From: Candidatus Uhrbacteria bacterium
GTDB taxonomy: Bacteria > Patescibacteriota > Patescibacteriia > UBA9934 > GWF2-40-263
Assembly (NCBI GenBank): GCA_023246355.1
Contig: JAHFIQ010000002.1
Span: 24,333 to 88,332 of the forward strand
Direction: 5' to 3'
DNA: 64,000 nucleotides
Positions 28,079-37,497 of this stretch are shown here, piece after piece. Position 1 is the first letter of the stretch; each line of letters opens with the position of its first letter. Both the position numbers and the translations under genes were made by a program. The notes under the pieces are model-generated. The model made no database searches. It saw only the letters and a program-made list of their open reading frames with translations, and had not been told where the DNA came from.

Positions 28079-28951
28079 TCAGGCGTTTTGCGCAAGAAGA
28101 CCTAGGCCGACAATGCCCAGGATGGTAGCTACGACCAAGATGAGCCGTGGAGGTGGTGATTGCTTGGTCTTAAAAAAGGGGCTGAACAGGAAAACGAATA
28201 GTGGTTGCAGTCCACCAACAGCGCTTACCAATCCCACAGGACCCAGGCGAATGGCGGCTTGGCGTAGCAGATTGGCAGCGAGGTCAAGGAGTTCGTTTAT
28301 CGCAAATCGCTCTCGGAGTTTTGTGCTTGCAACAGCCTTCATCACTTGTGAACGTACAGAAGGTACACAGACAGGAATCCCGACCGTTGCGGTAAGGACT
28401 CCCATCGACACCCAGGTCATGCCCACCAAGATTGGTACCCGAGCGAAGACATATCCAAGTAGGGTGTATTCAACGGCTGTTGTGAGCGACGCCAGGAACA
28501 TCCAGGCTGCCGCCTTGATCGGAATGCGATGGGAGGCACTGGGCTGGTAGCTCGTTAAAAATGAAGATGCTACTAAAAGGACAAGAGCGACGTATTGCTT
28601 GGCAGCAAGTTCCTCACCGATAAACAACCAAGCAGAGAACACGACAAACACAGGAGCGAGATTCCACAAGAGAATAACGTTTGCTGTATGCGTCCGTTCA
28701 AGGGCTTGATAGTAGGGCCAGTAGACGAAAAGGCCGATCATGCCACCCAGGATCGCCGCGAGGACAACATCCTGCGATGGGGTTGGGATACCCAAGAGTG
28801 GAATCAACAGAACAGGAAGAGACCCAAAGATGCCTGTTACGAACGTCAACACGTTTGGGTTTTGTCGACGACGTTCAAGTAAATCGGAATCTAGCAGGTT
28901 GGTGAGGCTCCAAAGGACCGCTGCCAAAATGGTGAAGATAAGCCACAGCAT
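28079..28951 (-). CDS. EamA/DMT family transporter
   Basis: 290 aa, 10 TM, duplicated EamA-like halves. Confidence 0.6.
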   Translation of the reverse strand: MLWLIFTILAAVLWSLTNLLDSDLLERRRQNPNVLTFVTGIFGSLPVLLIPLLGIPTPSQDVVLAAILGGMIGLFVYWPYYQALERTHTANVILLWNLAPVFVVFSAWLFIGEELAAKQYVALVLLVASSFLTSYQPSASHRIPIKAAAWMFLASLTTAVEYTLLGYVFARVPILVGMTWVSMGVLTATVGIPVCVPSVRSQVMKAVASTKLRERFAINELLDLAANLLRQAAIRLGPVGLVSAVGGLQPLFVFLFSPFFKTKQSPPPRLILVVATILGIVGLGLLAQNA

Positions 28952-29032
28952 AGACAGACATTTTAGGGCTTCTCTCTTATTTAGGCGAGTTTCTAAAAAG
29001 AAAATCCCCTTGCCAGATGGCAGGGGGGTCGG

Positions 29033-29722
29033 TCAGGCCACGCAGTGTCGCTCGTTGTAGCGCTTCTGCCACGGGAGCAGGCGCTGCTTGCGCCGCTTGC
29101 CTTCCCAGCTTCGCCAGTAGCCCTTGAGCGCGCGCTGGTTGTCGCCCGAGAGTTGGTGGAACGCTTCGGTCTCGTCGCTGGTGAACGGCGTCAGCGTGTC
29201 GTCCTGCTTCCAGAACAGGTCGCCGCAGCGCTCGACCACCTTGCAGCTTTTCTTGATCGACCAGCGGGTCGCCGGGCGCGGGGGGTTCCTCACGCTTTCG
29301 AAATCGCTGCCCGAGCACAGCAGGCCGTTCTCGTCCACGACGATGTCCTTCCTCCACACCGACGAGGTGGGATCGCATGCGTCCTTGAGGATCTTCCTGG
29401 CCTCATCGATCGCGCGCTCTCCTTTCACGGTGCGGCGGTTCAAGCGGCACAGGTTGTGGTAGACCTCTTCGAAGTCGCGTCCGATCTGCGAGACAAGGTA
29501 GCGCTTGAGCACTCCGGTCTTGCCCGTGGAGTTCCGGTCGCCGTACATCCACAGGGGCGGTTCCACGTTCATCGACGCATCCGAGTGCTCGTCCCGGAGC
29601 ATCTCGTTCACGAACCGCTTCTGTTCCCGGCGGACCTTGCGGTTGTACCTCCGGACGCGGTCGTTGTAGCTGACGTTGTGCCCGCCCTGGGAGATGGCGC
29701 AGGCGATGTTGGTGACAGACAT
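29033..29722 (-). CDS. Orphan P-loop NTPase, Arg/Lys-rich N-terminus, high-G+C
   Basis: Walker A GDRNSTGKTGV, candidate Walker B IVVDE. The Walker A resembles the geminivirus/CRESS Rep SF3 helicase P-loop (GDSRTGKT), but there is no rolling-circle endonuclease domain. Confidence 0.45.
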   Translation of the reverse strand: MSVTNIACAISQGGHNVSYNDRVRRYNRKVRREQKRFVNEMLRDEHSDASMNVEPPLWMYGDRNSTGKTGVLKRYLVSQIGRDFEEVYHNLCRLNRRTVKGERAIDEARKILKDACDPTSSVWRKDIVVDENGLLCSGSDFESVRNPPRPATRWSIKKSCKVVERCGDLFWKQDDTLTPFTSDETEAFHQLSGDNQRALKGYWRSWEGKRRKQRLLPWQKRYNERHCVA

Positions 29723-30062
29723 GCAGTTCTCCGTTAATGGACTGGATGCATGACGACCTCCTTTGGCTTGATTGCCAGGCTCAGAGGATAGTCGATTTTA
29801 CCGAAAAAGTCAATAGGGACCTCTGCAAACATGTGAGTAAAAGAAAAGCGCCGTGGAGGGAGTCCAGGGCGCAGGGAGAGCGACAGTTCTCGCCACGTCT
29901 TTGGACAGGGTAGTTCTCGTCACTCAAGGTCATGCAGTTACCGCGTCGATTAACATCAGAGCACAGATCGCACGACAGAGGAACCTAGCACGGGGAAAAG
30001 GATTTGTCTACTGGTTCGGGAGCTGCTACCATCCAGGTAATAAATTGTTGAGATCACCTTGT

Positions 30063-30743
30063 ATGTCCCATCCACACCAATCCGCGCTCGATGAGTTCCA
30101 GTTTGCCATCAGACACTTTGTGCCAACACTTCCCAAAGAAATCAAAGAAGAAGCACAGCAGCTTCATGATTCTTTGCTTGCGGATGAAAGCGCGGATGAA
30201 GCCTTGTTGCGCGATGCGTTCTACAACATTGGCGTGAAAGAGTATCCCTACCGCAAAGCCTATGAGGAGCTCACCCACTCGAGCGCTGAGGCACAGATGA
30301 AAGCCATGGTACTAGAGCATGTGGATGAGACGGTGCGTGCGGTCATCAAGCCGCATCTGGACGCGGGAGTCTCCTTGGATGAACTGTTTGCGAGTGAGAT
30401 TTTTGAGACACAGTTGGATGCCAAACAACGATATCAAGTAGAGGATGGCATATTGGTCTCGGCGAACAAACTTGCCGAAAAGCTCAAGAGCGAAGTGGGT
30501 GGCGAGGCAGACACGTATCACAAACTCGTAGAGAAGTGGAAAGCCCATGCAGGAGAGATCGAAAAAGCCATTCAAGATTTGGAAGTACTTGCTCAAGGAG
30601 GCGACGAAAATCAGCAGGCAGAAATTAAGGATAAAGCCGCGCGGTTTCGGGAAGGGTTCCTGGTCACAGAAACAGATCCCAATTTGGAAGAAGTGAAAAA
30701 AGAAATTGAGTACTGGCGAGATACGTTTGCCGAAGAAGAATAA
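30063..30743 (+). CDS. Hypothetical acidic alpha-helical protein
   Basis: ATG 30063 (MSHPHQSALDEF...); Glu/Lys-rich. Confidence 0.4.
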   Translation: MSHPHQSALDEFQFAIRHFVPTLPKEIKEEAQQLHDSLLADESADEALLRDAFYNIGVKEYPYRKAYEELTHSSAEAQMKAMVLEHVDETVRAVIKPHLDAGVSLDELFASEIFETQLDAKQRYQVEDGILVSANKLAEKLKSEVGGEADTYHKLVEKWKAHAGEIEKAIQDLEVLAQGGDENQQAEIKDKAARFREGFLVTETDPNLEEVKKEIEYWRDTFAEEE

Positions 30744-30816
30744 AAGATAGAGGCGGCTGAGCCATGCTTGGTCGCCTCTTGTTGATCTCTGTATCCGATG
30801 GTAAAATCTTCGTCGT

Positions 30817-31467
30817 ATGAATATCACCTGGAATGGGATTTCCTCGTTTGAAATCGAAACAAAGACAGGCGCAGACGACGTACGGATCGTGACGGATCCC
30901 TATCAAAATACGACCGGTCTTCGGTTTCCTCGCACGCTGCAAGCCGAGGTCTTGCTTGAATCTCACGAGGGCGAGGACGCCAATAACCGCGAGGCGGTTT
31001 TGGGAAATCCCTACGTCATCAATCTGCCAGGCGAGTTTGAGGTGAAAAACGTTTTTGTGTTTGGCATTCAGGCCCCACTCAAGCGTGAGGAAAAGGGGAA
31101 GCATGTGAAAAATTTGATCTTCCGCGTGGAAGCAGAGGGCATGCGCTTAGCGCATCTCGGAGCGCTTGATCGTTCGCTGACAGACGAAGAGTTACAGCAA
31201 TTGGCAAACGTGGATGTACTCATGATTCCCGTGGGGGGTGGACGGGTGATGAGCGCCGCGGTGGCAGCCGAGGTGATCTCCCAGATTGAACCACGCGTGG
31301 TGATTCCGATGTCGTATGCATTGGAAGGTCTCAAAGAATCGTTTGGTTCTGTCGAAGATTTTTGTAAGTCATTTGGCGCGTGTCGACGCGAGGAAATGAA
31401 CAAGTACAAATTCACCCGTAAAGATTTGCCTGAAGAAGAAATGTTGATTGTAAAACTTTCTCGTTAG
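30817..31467 (+). CDS. MBL-fold metal-dependent hydrolase (UPF0173-like)
   Basis: 216 aa, beta-lactamase-fold pattern without the canonical HxHxDH motif. Confidence 0.45.
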   Translation: MNITWNGISSFEIETKTGADDVRIVTDPYQNTTGLRFPRTLQAEVLLESHEGEDANNREAVLGNPYVINLPGEFEVKNVFVFGIQAPLKREEKGKHVKNLIFRVEAEGMRLAHLGALDRSLTDEELQQLANVDVLMIPVGGGRVMSAAVAAEVISQIEPRVVIPMSYALEGLKESFGSVEDFCKSFGACRREEMNKYKFTRKDLPEEEMLIVKLSR

Positions 31468-31470
31468 GAT

Positions 31471-31761
31471 ATGCCCAAGCATTCTGTGCATCTAAGACCC
31501 ATGGATCCACGGACGCGGCGTCTGTATCTGTTGTGCATTGGGTCGAGCATTATGTTGGTGCTCGTCGCCTGGGTTCTCAGTATCCACGCGGCCATTTCTG
31601 GAGATGTGGCACAGATTCGCGAAAACGTCGGTGACACGCTTGAGAAAGCAGGTGATGGATACCAAAAACTTGAAGACGACGTGAGCGGTTACTCCCAACA
31701 TGTTTCAACCTCATTTGAACAAGCCAAAGCCTCGTATGAAGAAGCAAAAGCACAACAGTGA
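31471..31761 (+). CDS. Small membrane protein, hypothetical
   Basis: 96 aa with one TM (LLCIGSSIMLVLVAWVLSI). Confidence 0.3.
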   Translation: MPKHSVHLRPMDPRTRRLYLLCIGSSIMLVLVAWVLSIHAAISGDVAQIRENVGDTLEKAGDGYQKLEDDVSGYSQHVSTSFEQAKASYEEAKAQQ

Positions 31762-34219
31762 ACCATCAAACGAACCCGTTCAGTCGACCGGCTTGATCGT
31801 GCCGCAGAGTTTGGTGGAGGAAATGCAAACGTCGTACTTGGATTACGCCATGAGCGTTATTGTGGGACGTGCGCTTCCAGATGTGCGCGACGGACTGAAA
31901 CCGGTCCACCGTCGTATTTTGTTTTCGATGTGGCAGAACGGTCTGCGCTCAGGGGCAAAATTTAAAAAGTGTGCGGCCGTGGTGGGAGACGTTCTGGCAA
32001 AATACCACCCGCATGGCGATTCGGCCGTGTACGATTCGTTAGTGCGTCTGGTGCAAGATTTTTCCATGCGCTATCCGCTCATTCGTGGGCAGGGAAACTT
32101 TGGTTCGCTCGATGGCGACTCAGCAGCCGCGTATCGTTACACCGAGGCGAAGTTGGAACAGGTAAGTGAAGAGCTCCTTTCTGATATTGAAAAAGACACG
32201 GTTGATTTCATGCCGAATTTTGACGGCACCCACAAGGAACCAAAGGTGCTGCCTGCGAAACTCCCCAATCTTTTGGTGAACGGAACCGTCGGTATTGCTG
32301 TGGGTATGGCGTCCAACATCCCTCCCCATAATTTGACCGAGGTGTGCAATGCTACCTTGGCACTCATTAAAAATCGTAACGTGACCATTGAAGAGTTGTC
32401 TGAGATTGTTCAGGGTCCGGATTTTCCCACGGGCGGCATTGCCTACAACGCACGTGACATCAAGACGGCGTTTGCCACAGGTCGCGGCGGTGTGGTCGTG
32501 CGCGGCAAAACAGAAATCGTTGAGGATAGCAAGGGCAACTATCAAATCATCATCACGGAAATTCCGTACCAAGTGAACAAAGCAAACTTGATTGTGAAGA
32601 TTGCGGAAAACGTCCGTGACAAAAAAATCGAAGGTATTCGGGATTTGCGGGATGAGTCGAACCGGGAGGGGGTGCGTATTGTGGTGGATCTGAAAAAAGA
32701 TGCGTATGCGAAAAAAGTTTTGAACCGACTGTATCAAACCACCCAGTTGCAAGAGACCATTCATTACAATGTGCTGGCGCTGGTCGATGGTATTCAGCCT
32801 CGCGTGTTGAATTTGAAAATGATTTTGGAAGAGCACGTGAAGCATCGCCAGGAAGTGGTACGCCGCCGCACGCAATTCGATCTCACGCGAGCAAAAGATC
32901 GAGCGCATATTTTGGAGGGCCTGCGGATTGCGATTTTAAAAATCGACGAAGTGATCAAGACAATCAAGAAATCGAAAGACAAGGAAGAGGCTCGAGGAAA
33001 TTTGATGGACAAATTTAAGCTCTCGGATCGCCAGGCCGTCGCGATTTTGGACATGCGTCTGCAACAACTCGCGAACCTTGAAACATTGCGGGTAGAAACC
33101 GAGTACAAAGAAAAAATGGACCTCATCCGGGAGCTTGAAGCGATTTTGGCGTCTGAGAAAAAGATGCTCGCGGTGATTGCGCAGGAGATTGAGACGCTGC
33201 GTGACCAGTACGGGCAGGAACGCCGTACACAAATTGTGAAATCTGGGATCAAAGAATTTTCCATTGAAGACGTGGTCCCTGATACCGACACGGTCGTCAT
33301 GATCACCAAGGCTGGATACATCAAGCGTCTGCCTCCCGATACGTTCAAAACGCAGAAGCGTGGTGGCAAGGGCGTGGCCGGTCTCACTACCAAAGAGGAA
33401 GACGTGGTCGAGCAGATGTTCTCCACAACGTCTCACAAAGATTTGTTGTTCTTTACTACACGTGGCCGGGTGTTCAAGTTGAAGGCCTATGATGTTCCAG
33501 AGGCATCCCGCACATCCAAAGGTCAGGCGATCGTCAACTTTTTGTCCTTGGCGCCCGGCGAGTTGGTCTCCGCGTCTTTTTCCATGGATGACATGGCCGA
33601 TAAGAAGTTCCTCATCATGGTCACCAGCCGTGGCACCATGAAAAAAGTTGAGCTTGATCAGTTTGAAAATGTTCGCCGTTCAGGACTCATCGCCATCAAG
33701 CTCAAAGACAGCGACGCGCTGCAATGGGTGTGGCCGACGTCGGGAAAAGACGATGTGATGCTCACGAGTGCTCGTGGACAAGCGATTCGTTTTAGTGAAA
33801 AGGCCATTCGGGCCATGGGGCGAAACGCCGGTGGTGTACGAGGCATGCGTCTCAAAGGAGAAGATCGCATCGTGGGAATGGGCGTCCTGCCTGGGGCCAT
33901 GAAAAAAGGATCGTTGCAGCTCTTGGTGGTCATGCAAAATGGGTTTGGGAAGCGCAGCGAGGTGGAAGAATACAAAGTGCAGGGGCGTGGTGGGTCAGGC
34001 ATCAAAACCGCCAACACGACCAAGAAGACTGGTCCGGTTGTCGCCGCCCATGTGGTTGAAAGCGACGACGAACGCGATTTGTTTGTGGTGACAGAAGCCG
34101 GTCAGGTGCTGCGCTCATCGCTCAAGTCCGTTTCTGTCTTGGGTCGTGCCACGCAAGGCGTTCGCGTGATGCGTTTTAAGAAGGAAGAGGACACAGTTGC
34201 CAGCGTAGCATTGATCTGA
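31736..34219 (+). CDS. gyrA: DNA gyrase subunit A
   Basis: SYLDYAMSVIVGRALPDVRDGLKPVHRRIL, AAYRYTEAKL active-site Tyr, C-terminal beta-pinwheel repeats. Start uncertain: ATG 31736 overlaps the upstream ORF; TTG 31793 is possible. Confidence 0.85.
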   Translation: MKKQKHNSEPSNEPVQSTGLIVPQSLVEEMQTSYLDYAMSVIVGRALPDVRDGLKPVHRRILFSMWQNGLRSGAKFKKCAAVVGDVLAKYHPHGDSAVYDSLVRLVQDFSMRYPLIRGQGNFGSLDGDSAAAYRYTEAKLEQVSEELLSDIEKDTVDFMPNFDGTHKEPKVLPAKLPNLLVNGTVGIAVGMASNIPPHNLTEVCNATLALIKNRNVTIEELSEIVQGPDFPTGGIAYNARDIKTAFATGRGGVVVRGKTEIVEDSKGNYQIIITEIPYQVNKANLIVKIAENVRDKKIEGIRDLRDESNREGVRIVVDLKKDAYAKKVLNRLYQTTQLQETIHYNVLALVDGIQPRVLNLKMILEEHVKHRQEVVRRRTQFDLTRAKDRAHILEGLRIAILKIDEVIKTIKKSKDKEEARGNLMDKFKLSDRQAVAILDMRLQQLANLETLRVETEYKEKMDLIRELEAILASEKKMLAVIAQEIETLRDQYGQERRTQIVKSGIKEFSIEDVVPDTDTVVMITKAGYIKRLPPDTFKTQKRGGKGVAGLTTKEEDVVEQMFSTTSHKDLLFFTTRGRVFKLKAYDVPEASRTSKGQAIVNFLSLAPGELVSASFSMDDMADKKFLIMVTSRGTMKKVELDQFENVRRSGLIAIKLKDSDALQWVWPTSGKDDVMLTSARGQAIRFSEKAIRAMGRNAGGVRGMRLKGEDRIVGMGVLPGAMKKGSLQLLVVMQNGFGKRSEVEEYKVQGRGGSGIKTANTTKKTGPVVAAHVVESDDERDLFVVTEAGQVLRSSLKSVSVLGRATQGVRVMRFKKEEDTVASVALI

Positions 34220-34254
34220 TAGAGTGCCGGTGCTCTTAAAACCATCTTGAAAGT

Positions 34255-34503
34255 ATGCCAGTTCCAGCGCGAAAACTCTCTCGGTCAAAAGTACGCCGAC
34301 GCCGCTCACATGACCACATGAATCCTATTCAGGTGGGCGTCTGTGAAAAGTGCAAGGCGCCTATCATGGCTCATCGAGCCTGCCCTACCTGCGGATTTTA
34401 CAAAGGCCGCCAGGTCGTTGACCACAGCCGCAAAGCGGCGCGCCTTTTGAAAAAGACCGGACACACACACGAGCATCCAGAGGAAACCAAGAAGGCGTCT
34501 TAG
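34255..34503 (+). CDS. rpmF: 50S ribosomal protein L32 with C-terminal extension
   Basis: MPVPARKLSRSKVRRRRSH...CPTCGFYKGRQVV. Confidence 0.6.
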   Translation: MPVPARKLSRSKVRRRRSHDHMNPIQVGVCEKCKAPIMAHRACPTCGFYKGRQVVDHSRKAARLLKKTGHTHEHPEETKKAS

Positions 34504-34551
34504 GACGCCTTTGTGCTATCATGATGTCATCATTCCACCCGTTCTTTTCTT

Positions 34552-34998
34552 ATGAGTAACCGTCATCTTTCACGCACCATCGCCTTACAAGCACTCTATC
34601 AGTGGGATTTTTTAGGACAGCATGATGACAAGCTGCCTGAGATGATCGCGTTTAACCGAAGTGAGTTTGCGCCCAAGTTCGATGACGAAGGGTTTGTGGA
34701 AGAGATTGTTCATGGCGTGGTGAAACATCGTGCGAAGCTAGATGAGATCATTCAGCGCTTTGCGCCAGACTGGCCGATTGAGTCGATCACGCTTGTGGAT
34801 CGCAATGTGCTCAGGCTTGGGGTCTATGAGCTCAAGATCGCGGACAAAATTCCCGCCAAGGTCGCCATCAACGAAGCCATTGAGCTGGCCAAAGGATTTG
34901 GCGGCCAGGCCTCTGGACGTTTTGTGAATGGCGTCTTGGGAGCGATGTACAAAGAGATGGTCGTGAAAGGCGAAGTTAAAGACGTCGATAAAAAATAA
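34552..34998 (+). CDS. nusB: Transcription antitermination factor NusB
   Basis: [14 protein letters not shown]-terminal signature; 148 aa. Confidence 0.75.
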   Translation: MSNRHLSRTIALQALYQWDFLGQHDDKLPEMIAFNRSEFAPKFDDEGFVEEIVHGVVKHRAKLDEIIQRFAPDWPIESITLVDRNVLRLGVYELKIADKIPAKVAINEAIELAKGFGGQASGRFVNGVLGAMYKEMVVKGEVKDVDKK

Positions 34999-35001
34999 CC
35001 T

Positions 35002-35697
35002 ATGCCTAAAGAAGACCTCACAGAACTCGAACAAACTCTTGGCGTGACGTTTCAGAATAAAGACACGCTACGCCAGGCGCTTGTTCATCGCAGCTACTTG
35101 AATGAGCATCCAGATTTTCCTCTTGGTCACAACGAGCGTCTTGAGTTTTTGGGAGACGCGGTGCTTGAGCTGGTCGTAACGGAACATCTTTATCTCAACT
35201 ACGAGAACCCAGAAGGCGAACTCACCAACTGGCGGGCGGCTCTGGTCAATGCAGACATGCTCTCTGATTTGTGCTCCAAGCTTGAGATCGAACCCTATCT
35301 TCATCTCTCCAAAGGGGAGTCCAAAGACAAAGGTTCCAAAGCACGCAAGTATATTTTAGCCAATGCGTTTGAGGCTCTTATCGGCGCGATTTATCTTGAT
35401 CAAGCGTGGGCAGGGGCAAAAACATTTGTCACCGATCGCGTGCTGTGTGAATTGCCTCGTGTGCTTGAGCATCGACTGTTTGTAGATCCCAAGAGTCGTT
35501 TCCAAGAAGCCGCACAGGAACACATGGGGATCACGCCGTCGTATAAAGTGTTGTCTGAGACAGGACCAGATCATGAAAAAGAATTTCAGGTGGGTGTGTT
35601 TCTTGGAAAAGAACAGGTGGCTGTTGGACTTGGTACAAGCAAACAAGAAGCTCAAGTGGCAGCCGCTCAGGCAGGCATCGAAGCGAAAGGTTGGTAA
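35002..35697 (+). CDS. rnc: Ribonuclease III
   Basis: ERLEFLGDAVLELVV signature plus C-terminal dsRBD. Confidence 0.85.
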   Translation: MPKEDLTELEQTLGVTFQNKDTLRQALVHRSYLNEHPDFPLGHNERLEFLGDAVLELVVTEHLYLNYENPEGELTNWRAALVNADMLSDLCSKLEIEPYLHLSKGESKDKGSKARKYILANAFEALIGAIYLDQAWAGAKTFVTDRVLCELPRVLEHRLFVDPKSRFQEAAQEHMGITPSYKVLSETGPDHEKEFQVGVFLGKEQVAVGLGTSKQEAQVAAAQAGIEAKGW

Positions 35698-35699
35698 GT

Positions 35700-36314
35700 A
35701 TGTACGGGCTGACTCAGCAGGAGATGCAGGTATTGAAACCACTGAAGACTCCCAAGCGCATTCAAGATTTTTTGGATGCGCTTTCGATTAACTTTGAAGA
35801 GCAAGGAGATAGTTGTTGGTCTCCACGCAGAGTCTTGCGCGAAAGACGGGCACACTGCATTGAAGGCGCGATGCTCGCCGCGCTGGCCCTGCGTCTTCAC
35901 GGCGCCCGGCCGCTTCTGTTAGATCTGGCTTCCGCACACGGTGATCAAGATCACGTGGTCGCGCTGTTTCAAGATCAGGGACGCTGGGGAGCGATTTCAA
36001 AAACGAATCACGCTGTGTTGCGCTATCGTGAGCCGGTCTATGCCACGGTTCGCGAGTTGGCGTTGTCGTATTTTCATGAGTATTTTTTGCAGGATGGAAA
36101 AAAGACCCTTCGATCATTTTCGGTGCCTGTCGATCTCTCCCGTTTTGATACAAAAGGCTGGATGACCAGTGAGGATGATCTGTGGTACATCGTTCATGCC
36201 CTAGACGATGCCTCGCATACGCAGATTCTCCGTCCCGGCCAAGCACAGCATCTGCGTCGTGCGGATCACATTGAGATCGAGGCAGGGAAGATGACCGAGT
36301 GGAAACAACGTTGA
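35700..36314 (+). CDS. Hypothetical protein (possible papain-like Cys-His fold)
   Basis: About 204 aa; conserved-looking Cys (RRAHCIEGAML) and His; co-transcribed with rpmF-nusB-rnc. Confidence 0.35.
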   Translation: MYGLTQQEMQVLKPLKTPKRIQDFLDALSINFEEQGDSCWSPRRVLRERRAHCIEGAMLAALALRLHGARPLLLDLASAHGDQDHVVALFQDQGRWGAISKTNHAVLRYREPVYATVRELALSYFHEYFLQDGKKTLRSFSVPVDLSRFDTKGWMTSEDDLWYIVHALDDASHTQILRPGQAQHLRRADHIEIEAGKMTEWKQR

Positions 36315-36442
36315 AATAAAACATCCAAACTTGGATGCATCACGAAGTGCTGGAGGGAAAAAATCGCCGAGTCGTAGGTCAATCCTACGGTGAGGTGATT
36401 TTTTTCCGAAGCACGAGTGAGGCGCCAGGTTTGGATGTTTTG

Positions 36443-36519
36443 TGGTGCGGCCGGGGGGACTCGAACCCTCGGCCTCATGGTTCGAAGCCATGCGCTCTAT
36501 CCAGCTGAGCTACGGCCGC
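36443..36519 (-). tRNA. tRNA-Arg (anticodon TCG), CCA encoded
   Basis: GCGGCCGTAGCTCAGCTGGATAGAGC ... anticodon loop CTTCGAA ... GGTTCGAGTCC ... CCA. Confidence 0.75.
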
Positions 36520-36543
36520 ATGACGCAAAGACTATCTGAAAGA

Positions 36544-36572
36544 TTGACGTGCGTCAATCGGCTTGGCATACT
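36544..36572. promoter_or_regulatory. Divergent tRNA promoters sharing a palindromic -35 (TTGACGTGCGTCAA)
   Basis: Plus strand: TTGACG, 17 nt, CATACT before tRNA-Lys. Minus strand: TTGACG is the reverse complement of CGTCAA. Confidence 0.45.
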
Positions 36573-36584
36573 GTTGCCGTTCAC

Positions 36585-36659
36585 GCGTCGGTAGCTCAGG
36601 GGTAGAGCAGGAGACTCTTAATCTCTTGGCCGTGGGTTCAAATCCCACCCGACGCACCA
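36585..36659 (+). tRNA. tRNA-Lys (anticodon CTT), CCA encoded
   Basis: GCGTCGGTAGCTCAGGGGTAGAGC ... anticodon loop CTCTTAA ... GGGTTCAAATCCCACC ... CCA. Confidence 0.8.
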
Positions 36660-36783
36660 CAGATCAGATCACCAATTGGTGGTCTGTTTTGTATGCGATC
36701 GAAAGGCCAACAAACATTTTTTTGCGATCGCAAACGGCGGAATTTTTTTTTGCGATCGTCACAAATAGAAAACCCGCTGTGCG

Positions 36784-37476
36784 TTACGAGCGGGTGGAAG
36801 GTTTGGGGCGACCCAGAATTGGCAGTCGCGCTTTGATGGCCGCACGAGCGTTTCTCATGATGGCGTCGTTTGCCAAACCTGCAAACGGCTGGTTGAACGG
36901 CAATCCGCACAGACGAATCGCATCTCGTTGGGGTGAGAGGCGGATGGCGATGGCAGGCCCACCCAGAACATCGGTAACGACGGAAGCAAGCATGAGCGAG
37001 GTGTCGATCGTGACCATCGGCATGACCCGACGCGTCCGTTTTGCCTTACGCGTGAGTTGTTCGTAGAGCTCCGCGATTTTTTCGTACGGATATCCTTCCA
37101 CCTGTCGACGCACCTCCGCCAGGTCACTGGCTCCGACCATAGCGATCTGAGAGAGAAACCCTGAGAGAGGGCCAGATGGAACACGCGGAGAGAATGCCAC
37201 TTCGTTTCGTGTGACATGTGCGACCACGGTGATTTCGCCACCAGCGAGCATGAGCAATGGTGCCAGACGTTGAAACGCCGTGAGGTAGAGATCAATGTGG
37301 TCGTGAACTGGATGTGTGTTCACGTGGAGGCTGCAGGGAGTATCGGGCGTTTCCGCCTCAGAGTGTAGGACGATTTGGAAGGAGGTGGGGAAGGCTGAGG
37401 ATTTGGGAGGAAGCACGGACGGCTCCAGGAGGGCAAGGGCACGATAGAGGGTTTTGTAAGAAATGTAAAACCCCAC
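36784..37476 (-). CDS. coaX: Type III pantothenate kinase (CoaX-like, ASKHA fold); start codon uncertain
   Basis: VTIDTSLMLASVVTD and LGGPAIAIRLSP resemble CoaX hIDhGTATThD and GGxIxPG motifs. The N-terminal part of the ORF is likely non-coding. Confidence 0.45.
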   Translation of the reverse strand: MGFYISYKTLYRALALLEPSVLPPKSSAFPTSFQIVLHSEAETPDTPCSLHVNTHPVHDHIDLYLTAFQRLAPLLMLAGGEITVVAHVTRNEVAFSPRVPSGPLSGFLSQIAMVGASDLAEVRRQVEGYPYEKIAELYEQLTRKAKRTRRVMPMVTIDTSLMLASVVTDVLGGPAIAIRLSPQRDAIRLCGLPFNQPFAGLANDAIMRNARAAIKARLPILGRPKPSTRS

Positions 37477-37497
37477 GAGTTGTGGGGTTCAGGGCTC

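Noticed and set aside
34255-34503. The 82-aa ORF as a spurious call versus rpmF
   Set aside because: Kept as L32. The N-terminal basic segment and the C...C...CPTCGFYKGRQV zinc-ribbon pattern fit L32 despite a long C-terminal tail.
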